NCBI GenBank assembly: GCA_963666275.2
Contig: CAXXOA010000002.1
Coordinates: forward strand, 1,312,001-1,376,000
Direction: 5' to 3'
DNA length: 64,000 nucleotides
Source: Oceanispirochaeta sp.
GTDB taxonomy: Bacteria > Spirochaetota > Spirochaetia > DSM-2461
This document shows positions 56,947 to 64,000 of this stretch, piece after piece. The position numbers and the translations under genes were made by a program. A model generated the notes under the pieces. It worked only from the letters and a program-made list of their open reading frames with translations, searched no databases and was not told the origin of the DNA. Within the stretch, counting starts at the first letter, position 1. The number at the start of each line of letters is the position of its first letter.

Positions 56947-58381
56947 GATAGATAATGTTCTCAGATTTTTTGAAAAGATCAATGAAATTCCCCGGAAATC
57001 CCGGAATACAGGGCCTATTACTCAATTCCTGATGCAGTGGGCCCGGGAGCAGGGGTTTGAGGCGGAAAAGGATGAAACCGCCAATGTGCTTATCAGAGTT
57101 CCTGCCTCTCCGGGGTATGAAAACTCACCTGTGGTGATTCTTCAGGGGCATTCGGATATGGTGTGTGAAAAAACACCCGATTCGGATCACGATTTTTCCC
57201 GGGATCCTGTCAAATGCCTGATAGAAGGGGAGTGGATGCGGGGAGACAATACCTCCCTGGGGGCAGATAACGGCATTGCCCTGGCCCTGGCCATGGATAT
57301 CGCCACGGACCCCCTGGTAAAGCATCCTCCTCTTGAAATTCTGGTTACCTCGGATGAGGAGATCGGCCTGATCGGGGCCAATAACCTGAAAGAGGGATTT
57401 CTCAGCGGAAAGATCCTGATCAATATGGACTCGGAAGACGAGGGGGTTTTTACCATCGGCTGCGCCGGCGGGGCCGACAGCAAAATAGCCATACCCCTCT
57501 CTCTGGAGAAAGTCCCGGGAGACTATAGCTTTTATAGGATAACCATAGGCGGTCTTCTGGGCGGTCATTCCGGGATGGATATTGCTCTGAACCGGGGCAA
57601 CGCCCTGAAAATGGCGGGCAGGATTCTGTCTGACCTGTCGCTGCAGACGGATCTGCGTCTGGTTTCCCTGAACGGAGGAAGCGGCGCCTCCAATGCTATC
57701 TGCCGGGATGCATCTACGGTGATCGCCTTTCCCCAAGGGGAGGGAGAAAAAATCCGGGCTCTGGTAGAGCAGTGGGCTTCGGTTCTCAAAGACGAGATAA
57801 AAACAACAGAACCTGACCTGACTGTCTCCCTGAAAGAGGCAGCTGCGCAGGATTCTTCGCTGGATGCCGCTTCAAGGAATATGGTGCTGCAGGTCCTTCG
57901 CCTGATTCCCCACGGGATAGAAAAGTTTTCTTCCGATATTGAAAATCTGGTGGAAACTTCAAGCAATCTGGCCTGGATGAGTATTGAAAAAGAGTCTCTG
58001 CATATTCTGACGAGTCAGCGCAGTTCGGTCATGTCCGAGCTGAGGGATATGAACCTCCGCATGGAGGATCTGGCGGCTCTGGCGGGGGGAAGCTGTGAAA
58101 CTCTGAATAAATACCCCTCCTGGCAGCCTGATATGGACTCGCCCCTTCTGAAGAAAAGCGCTGATCTGTACAGAACGCTCATGGGAAGGGAACCTGTGAT
58201 CGAAGCGATCCATGCAGGACTGGAGTGCGGTCTGATCGGGGATAAATACCCGGGTATGGATATGATCTCTATCGGACCAACCATCAAGCATCCCCATACT
58301 CCTGAAGAGAGACTCCATGTGGCTTCTCTGGAGCCTTTTCGCGACTTCCTTGCGGCTTTGCTGGGGGAGCTGAAAGGATAG
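56939..58381 (+). CDS. pepD: Aminoacyl-histidine dipeptidase (M20C)
   Basis: QGHSDMV, LGADNG, DEEIGL, GGHSG, IHAGLECG, HTPEE. Confidence 0.93.
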   Translation: MSKIDNVLRFFEKINEIPRKSRNTGPITQFLMQWAREQGFEAEKDETANVLIRVPASPGYENSPVVILQGHSDMVCEKTPDSDHDFSRDPVKCLIEGEWMRGDNTSLGADNGIALALAMDIATDPLVKHPPLEILVTSDEEIGLIGANNLKEGFLSGKILINMDSEDEGVFTIGCAGGADSKIAIPLSLEKVPGDYSFYRITIGGLLGGHSGMDIALNRGNALKMAGRILSDLSLQTDLRLVSLNGGSGASNAICRDASTVIAFPQGEGEKIRALVEQWASVLKDEIKTTEPDLTVSLKEAAAQDSSLDAASRNMVLQVLRLIPHGIEKFSSDIENLVETSSNLAWMSIEKESLHILTSQRSSVMSELRDMNLRMEDLAALAGGSCETLNKYPSWQPDMDSPLLKKSADLYRTLMGREPVIEAIHAGLECGLIGDKYPGMDMISIGPTIKHPHTPEERLHVASLEPFRDFLAALLGELKG

Positions 58382-58583
58382 GGATCCATCATCTCTATAA
58401 GAGGAGAGATCCTGAAGATAGAATATCACCAAGATCTCTTCTTAAGTCCCTTTTTCACTCACGGAAACAGCCTGAGATGAGATAAAGGACTTCTTTCAAT
58501 CGTTTAAAAGATTTTATAGGGAGAATTGAACCGGTGATTCAAAAAGAGTCTGATTTAATGCAGATTTTCTATAATTTTCCGGC

Positions 58584-59561
58584 TTACTCTTCCGGATAGA
58601 CAAGTTCGGGGGGGTGGGTCAGGCGGATCTCGCCTTCTCCGGTTTTTATCAGTTCAATCAGAGCCCGGGAGGCATCGGTGTAGATATTCTCTATGCCTAT
58701 ATTCAAGGTGGCGGGCTTCTCTTCCAGCACCTGAAGTTCCGTGCTGTTGTCATAGCCTATGAGGGGGAAATCCTCCTGCAGAACTGTCCCGCTTTTGTAC
58801 ATCTGGGTGACTGTCTGCACCAGGAACATATCGTTCACAAAGGAAATTCCGTCAATTCTATTCTGATCAATCAGTTCCTGAAGCTGCCTGGTTCTCTCTT
58901 CCGGGTTCTCCGAATTGATGACCAGGGCATCGGGGTACACCGTGAGAAATCCCTTCTGTCTCAGAGGGTGGGAAAAAGGATCCTCTTCATCCATTATGTA
59001 CACCGGGTGTTCGGATCCCCGGCTTTTCAGATATTCCCCCTGGAGTTCTCCCCCTTTTTCATTGTCAGTGGCGGAAAAATTGCAGTTTTCCAGATGGATT
59101 GCCCTGTGACAGATCACATAGGGGATCTCCCAGGATTTGATATACCCCGCCTCTTCGGGGGTGACAAAGTCAAAAATCAGGACACCGTCGCAATGGGAGC
59201 GGATCTCTTTCTCTTTGATGGCATAGAGGGAGTTTACCTGCTTCACTTCAAAAAAGTAGGGCTGATCTTCAAAATAGCTTGTCAGTGCCAGAACGGCTTC
59301 CGAGAATATCCAGTAATTCCTTTTCACATTGGTCCAGTAGTGTCCGTCTTCTCTTTTCACATAGATCAGAAGGATCGTATTGGTCCCTTTTTTGCGGAGA
59401 GCGCTGGCATTCTTGTCCAGTTTGTACCCCAGGGATTCGGCGGCTTCCATGATTTTCTGCCGTGTGGCGGGGGAGACTTTTTCGGGGCGGCTGAAGGCCC
59501 TGGAAACAGTCGCCTGAGAAACGCCTACTACTTTGGCAATCGTATAGCTGTCAACTTTCAT
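58584..59561 (-). CDS. LacI family regulator
   Basis: IAKVVGVSQATVSRAF, LGY....ASAL, IGYDN. Confidence 0.88.
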   Translation of the reverse strand: MKVDSYTIAKVVGVSQATVSRAFSRPEKVSPATRQKIMEAAESLGYKLDKNASALRKKGTNTILLIYVKREDGHYWTNVKRNYWIFSEAVLALTSYFEDQPYFFEVKQVNSLYAIKEKEIRSHCDGVLIFDFVTPEEAGYIKSWEIPYVICHRAIHLENCNFSATDNEKGGELQGEYLKSRGSEHPVYIMDEEDPFSHPLRQKGFLTVYPDALVINSENPEERTRQLQELIDQNRIDGISFVNDMFLVQTVTQMYKSGTVLQEDFPLIGYDNSTELQVLEEKPATLNIGIENIYTDASRALIELIKTGEGEIRLTHPPELVYPEE

Positions 59562-59574
59562 AATCTATCCATAT

Positions 59575-59702
59575 AATACATTCGTATACATTGTTTTTGT
59601 CTGCTGCTTTTCAAAATTAGCATGGTTAAGCACTAAAATCAAATAAATAGGAATTTTCTTGACAAAAAAATCGCCATGCCACAGAATGTATTCGAATGCA
59701 TT
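59575..59702. promoter_or_regulatory. Divergent promoter region with two LacI-type operators
   Basis: AATACATTCGTATACATT (59575-59592) and AATGTATTCGAATGCATT (59685-59702); TTGACA-N17-CAGAAT overlaps the second. Confidence 0.7.
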
Positions 59703-59725
59703 ATAGACAAATAAAGGAGTCTAAC

Positions 59726-60997
59726 GTGAAAAAAATTATCTCTCTCATCCTGACCGGGCTGATGGCATTCTCTCTCTTTTCAGCAGGTCAGCAGGAAAAG
59801 GCGGACAGTGGCGAAATCACATTAACTTTTGCCAGTTGGAGTATTCAGGAAAAAAACTTCCAGGACTATTTTACACAGTTGAAAAATGATTTTGAAGCGG
59901 CCAACCCGGGAATCAGGGTAGAGTTCAGCGGTTATCCCTACGGGGAACTGAAAAAGCAGGTTCTCATAATGGCCAATGCCGGGCAGGCTCCGGATATTAT
60001 CCAGTGTGAGCGTTCCTGGTATTCCGGTTTTGTGGGAGGCGGGTATGTGGCTGAGCTCGATTCCGTTCTGGGAGCCGACTATATGGCTGAGATTTATCCT
60101 GAAATTCTGGCAGATATGAAAGTAGACGGCAAAGCCTACGGTGTTCCCTGGATTGCCAGCCCCTTTGTCCTTTTCTACAATAAAGATCTCTTCGCCCAGG
60201 CTGGTCTGGATCCGGATACACCCCCGGCTACCTACGAAGAGGCAATGGAATTCGCTGCAAAGATCAGCCAGCTGAAAGATGCTGACGGCAATACCGTTTA
60301 CGGTCTGGGACAGACTACCGGTGCCGTTCCTGTCAGCGGAGGCGCTGTGCTCAGCATGTTCTTCAGCTACGGCGGCGGCATTGTAGATGAAAAAGGCAAT
60401 GTCAGTGTTATCAACAGCGGAAATAAAGCGGCTCTGGAGGATCTGAAAAAGATGCATCAGGCAGGATTCAACCCTGAAGGCGCCAAACTCAAAGATCTGC
60501 GGAACCTGATGGCTATCGGCCGGATGGGCATGTATTTTGATCAGCTCTGGGGTATCGGCGGTGCTTATGCGATCAATCCGGACCTCCGGGGTAAAGTGGG
60601 AGTTTCCACACCTCTCAGCGGTGCCGGAGCTCCTGCAGGATCCACTCTGGAAGCCCATCTCCTTATGATCAGCGAAGATTCGGAGCATAAAGAAGCGGCA
60701 GCAAAATTCCTGAAGTTCGCCACAAGTACCGAACAGATGAGCAAGTATTCCCAGCTGGCTCCTTTTCTCTTTCCCATGGTCAGCCAGGTGGAGGGAACTG
60801 CCGGATACAAAACCAGAGAGGACATAGAGCCTGTTCTGAACTATCCTGAAACTATCCGTTCCGTACCCAAGCATTCGGAAATGGAAAATGTGTTCCTGGC
60901 TCTGACTACAGCCGCACAGTCTGTTACTGTCGGAGGAATGACCTCCGATGAGGCACTGGCAAATCTTGACAAAGAGTTGAAAGCGCTCCTGCAATAG
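59726..60997 (+). CDS. Carbohydrate ABC transporter substrate-binding protein
   Basis: GTG start after AAGGAG; signal peptide; GQAPDI, DGKAYGVP, LFYNKDLF. Confidence 0.9.
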   Translation: MKKIISLILTGLMAFSLFSAGQQEKADSGEITLTFASWSIQEKNFQDYFTQLKNDFEAANPGIRVEFSGYPYGELKKQVLIMANAGQAPDIIQCERSWYSGFVGGGYVAELDSVLGADYMAEIYPEILADMKVDGKAYGVPWIASPFVLFYNKDLFAQAGLDPDTPPATYEEAMEFAAKISQLKDADGNTVYGLGQTTGAVPVSGGAVLSMFFSYGGGIVDEKGNVSVINSGNKAALEDLKKMHQAGFNPEGAKLKDLRNLMAIGRMGMYFDQLWGIGGAYAINPDLRGKVGVSTPLSGAGAPAGSTLEAHLLMISEDSEHKEAAAKFLKFATSTEQMSKYSQLAPFLFPMVSQVEGTAGYKTREDIEPVLNYPETIRSVPKHSEMENVFLALTTAAQSVTVGGMTSDEALANLDKELKALLQ

Positions 60998-61007
60998 GAG
61001 ATATATC

Positions 61008-61035
61008 CTGCTTCCTGAGCTATCTCGGGAAGCAG
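61008..61035 (+). terminator. Intra-operon stem-loop
   Basis: CTGCTTCCTGAG / CTCGGGAAGCAG after the binding-protein gene. Confidence 0.55.
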
Positions 61036-61060
61036 AGTTTTTAAAAAAAATGGGAATCCT

Positions 61061-61951
61061 ATGACTTTAAACAGCAAAACCGGGGATAGAATATTCGGGA
61101 ATTTACTTCTTCTCCCTTCCATCCTTATTGTGGGAGGCTTTATCTTTCTTCCGGTTATTCAATCCGTATTCTACAGTTTCTTCAACTACAAACTCACAAG
61201 GAAGAAGATGCCCCTTGACTGGAACAACTTCGGGAACTACCGGAGCCTCTGGGAGAGCGGGAAGCTTCAGAATGCTTTTTCCGTCACTTTTACCTTTATG
61301 ATCATGGTGGTTATCGCCGTTTTTCTGCTGGGGATGATCATGGCAGTCCTCCTCAGGAAGGGGTCGTCCGGAACAAGACTGAAAAGGAGTCTCTCTCTCC
61401 TGCCCTGGGGCACTCCCACGGTTATCGTGGCCCTTTTATGGTCATGGATGTTTCAGGCCGAATACGGGGTTGTGAACTTCCTTCTGCTGAAGCTCCATAT
61501 TATTTCCGAACCGGTCAGTTTTCTTGTTAATCCCTCTACAGCTCTGGGCGCTGTGGCCGTAGCCGCTGTCTGGAGGCAGCTGCCCTTCATGTTCATTATG
61601 CTTCTGGCAGGACTCCAGGGCATCCCGGCGGAAATGTACGAAGCCGCCCATATGGACGGGGCCTCGGGAGTTCAGACCTTCCGTCATGTGACCCTCCCTT
61701 TTCTGAGGAATGTTATCCGTTCCAGCATCCTCGTGACGATAATTACCAATTTCAAGCAGTTTCCTCTTTTCTGGACAATGACAGGAGGAGGCCCCATGGG
61801 GAAGACAGAAACCCTGGCCATCCTGACCTATAAAAATGCCTTTGGAAACCTCAATTTCGGTGTAGGAGCCGCTGTCGCGGCTGCCTGGATGGCTGTGCTT
61901 ATCCTTTTTTCACTGGTTTACAACAGGGTTTTCAAGGAAGCGGAGTACTGA
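61061..61951 (+). CDS. Carbohydrate ABC transporter permease
   Basis: EAA loop YEAAHMDGA; TGGGP. Confidence 0.93.
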   Translation: MTLNSKTGDRIFGNLLLLPSILIVGGFIFLPVIQSVFYSFFNYKLTRKKMPLDWNNFGNYRSLWESGKLQNAFSVTFTFMIMVVIAVFLLGMIMAVLLRKGSSGTRLKRSLSLLPWGTPTVIVALLWSWMFQAEYGVVNFLLLKLHIISEPVSFLVNPSTALGAVAVAAVWRQLPFMFIMLLAGLQGIPAEMYEAAHMDGASGVQTFRHVTLPFLRNVIRSSILVTIITNFKQFPLFWTMTGGGPMGKTETLAILTYKNAFGNLNFGVGAAVAAAWMAVLILFSLVYNRVFKEAEY

Positions 61952-61952
61952 T

Positions 61953-62789
61953 ATGAAGAAAAAAATACGTTTGTCTTCCCTGATTGCCGGTGGGGTGGTC
62001 ATCCTGCTGGGGCTGTTCCTGCTCTTTCCCCTGTACTGGATTGTTGTGACGTCCTTCAAAAACAATATGGATATCTACAGGTTCCCCCCGCAGTTCATAC
62101 CGGTCCATTTTACCCTTGCCAACTACCTGGGAATCTTCCGGGACAATTCGGTGGTGCTCTATCTTGTAAATAACCTTCTGGTTTCGGCGGGGGCCACAAT
62201 TCTGACTCTGGGAGCCTCCTCTCTGGCGGGGTACTCCCTCTCCCGGTATCCTTCCCGGTTCGGAAAGTTTGTCGGAACATCACTGCTCTCCACCCAGATG
62301 TTCCCCATTGTGGGGCTGATTCTGGCCCTGTATATGATTTTCCGTAATATGAATCTGATCAATAACAGACTCAGCCTGATCCTCTCTCTTGCGGCTATAA
62401 CCATTCCCTTTTGTACGATCCTGATCAAGGGCTTTTTTGATGATATCTCCCGGTCTCTGGAAGAGGCGGCCCGCATCGACGGCTGTTCCCGCTTCAGGAC
62501 CCTGGTCTCCATCATCATGCCTCTGTCCAAGCCGGGGCTGCTGGCCATCGGGCTCTTCACTTTCATGCAGGCCTGGGATGACTTCCTCTTTGCCATCACT
62601 TTTATCCTTTCCGACGAAAAACGCACCCTTTCCGCGGGGATTGCCATGAAATTCCTGGGAGAGGTTTCCTACGACTGGGGAATGGTTACTACGGTTTCCG
62701 TGGCGGGGGTTATTCCCATGTTTATTCTTATCTTTGCGTTTCAGCGGTACATGGTGGCTGGCCTGACAGCCGGGGCGGTGAAAGGATGA
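61953..62789 (+). CDS. Carbohydrate ABC transporter permease
   Basis: LEEAARIDG; terminal GLTAGAVKG. Confidence 0.93.
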   Translation: MKKKIRLSSLIAGGVVILLGLFLLFPLYWIVVTSFKNNMDIYRFPPQFIPVHFTLANYLGIFRDNSVVLYLVNNLLVSAGATILTLGASSLAGYSLSRYPSRFGKFVGTSLLSTQMFPIVGLILALYMIFRNMNLINNRLSLILSLAAITIPFCTILIKGFFDDISRSLEEAARIDGCSRFRTLVSIIMPLSKPGLLAIGLFTFMQAWDDFLFAITFILSDEKRTLSAGIAMKFLGEVSYDWGMVTTVSVAGVIPMFILIFAFQRYMVAGLTAGAVKG

Positions 62790-64000
62790 AAAAAATGACG
62801 CAGGACTACCTGGATAGAAAAACAGGAAAAGGACCCTTTTCCTATGATCCTGACAAGGAGCTGCCCAATATTCTGATGGTGACTATGGATATGGTACCGC
62901 CGGATTTCTACAACGCCAGGGTTCCAGTGGACACTCCCTTTCAGAGGAGTCTGGCCGATGAGGGGATCTCCTACAGCAGGGCCTTTTCGACCTCTCCTCT
63001 CTGCGGCCCTTCCCGGGCGGCTATCCTGACGGGACGCTATCCCTACATTACAGGAAACTCCGAACGGGCCCATGACGGGCATCAGACAGAGCTCCGCAGC
63101 GAGGATATTATCTGGCCCGAATACCTGAAGGCCCGGGGATACCATACAAGGCATATCGGAAAATCCCATGTGGGGACAGAGCACTTCATGAGAGCCTTCA
63201 GCGAAAACTGCTCTCCCTGGGACCGATGGTCCCCCCCCTGGTTTAACGAGGACCTTTACATTCAGTTCCTCAAGGATAAGGGGCTGGGCAGGTTCTCTTT
63301 CAAAAAAGAGATCCGCGGATGCAGCTGGGAGGGATCGCGGAACGGAAACTCCTACGGAGGCTGGCTGGCCGACCAGAAGGGTGAGCCCTTTCCGGAAAAC
63401 GCGCTCTATCCCTCTTTTCTTGTCGAAAGGACCATACAGACCCTGGAAAACAGGGAGAATCCGAACCAGCCCTTCTATATGCAGCTGGATTTTTTCGGCC
63501 CCCATCAGCCCTTTGCCATTCCAGGCGGCTGGGAGAAACGGGAGGAGGAGATCCGAAAGCAGATCACCCTGCCCGAAAGCTGGCTGGAGTGGGAAGCTGC
63601 CGGGTTCCCCGACAGAACCGGTGATCCCCGTGTCTATGACATGTATAGGAGAAACTGGGGAATGAAGAGCCGGGAGGATATGACTGATTATCTTGTGGCC
63701 AATCAGCTGCAGTATGAAATCCTGGACAGGCAGCTCGGCCGGCTTTTGAGCTATCTGAAAGAAAGAGATCTCTACGATTCAACCCTGATTGTGTTTACGG
63801 CCGATCATGGGGAGATGAACGGCCGCAAGGGCTGTATCGACAAGGGTGCCTATCTGAACCCCCAGGTCCTGCAGGTTCCACTCTATGTAAAACCCGCCGG
63901 ATCTCCTGTGCAGCAGTCTCCTCTGGTTATTGACTCGCCCAGTTCCCTTCTGGATATCTGTCCGACCATGCTGGACGCGGCGGGCATCTCGATTCCCGAA
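62786..64000 (+). CDS. Formylglycine-dependent sulfatase-like hydrolase (partial, runs off right edge)
   Basis: Not in the ORF track. PNILMVTMD, CGPSRAAILTGRYP (CxPxR), IGKSH, PHQP, FTADHGE; ATGA overlap with the permease stop. Confidence 0.9.
   Translation, partial: MKKMTQDYLDRKTGKGPFSYDPDKELPNILMVTMDMVPPDFYNARVPVDTPFQRSLADEGISYSRAFSTSPLCGPSRAAILTGRYPYITGNSERAHDGHQTELRSEDIIWPEYLKARGYHTRHIGKSHVGTEHFMRAFSENCSPWDRWSPPWFNEDLYIQFLKDKGLGRFSFKKEIRGCSWEGSRNGNSYGGWLADQKGEPFPENALYPSFLVERTIQTLENRENPNQPFYMQLDFFGPHQPFAIPGGWEKREEEIRKQITLPESWLEWEAAGFPDRTGDPRVYDMYRRNWGMKSREDMTDYLVANQLQYEILDRQLGRLLSYLKERDLYDSTLIVFTADHGEMNGRKGCIDKGAYLNPQVLQVPLYVKPAGSPVQQSPLVIDSPSSLLDICPTMLDAAGISIPE

Overview
Bacterial chromosomal window, most likely from a free-living spirochaete (Spirochaetaceae-like; inferred from the 'FASGEQE / FSAGQQE / FASGTQD' signal-peptide ends of the solute-binding proteins). 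Left part (1-14.9 kb): a partial YesM-type kinase, an orphan sugar-binding protein with flavoenzymes, an Rrf2 module, and an OmpR/BaeS-type two-component system. A shared direct-repeat box precedes the TCS operon, an esterase lipoprotein gene and a Cthe_2159-VTC-DUF4956 operon. A DUF2798-like membrane gene has a compact promoter-pseudoknot-terminator leader that looks like a riboswitch or attenuator. Middle part (about 15-47.5 kb): a mosaic, partly AT-rich genomic island anchored by a tyrosine integrase at the 3' end of tRNA-Pro(GGG). It carries an IS66; a nitrosative-stress cluster (two Crp/Fnr regulators, FprA, RIC, DUF438/hemerythrin pair, cupin, split permease, YgbA-like protein, Hcp) whose 13 kb core lies between 43-bp direct repeats; a nested TetR-MMPL-LolA-like-barrel module; an iteron-like palindrome array; a nuclease-like/Ser-Thr kinase/unknown three-gene cassette broken by an IS3-family element; and a TRAP-FAD oxidoreductase-LacI catabolic unit. 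Right part (47.6-64 kb): core-like genes (HD-GYP, U32, DUF362, PAS, polB, lnt, pepD), a candidate sigma28-driven sRNA, and a LacI-controlled ABC sugar transporter-sulfatase operon running off the edge. All family calls come from motif recognition by eye; no database searches were run.
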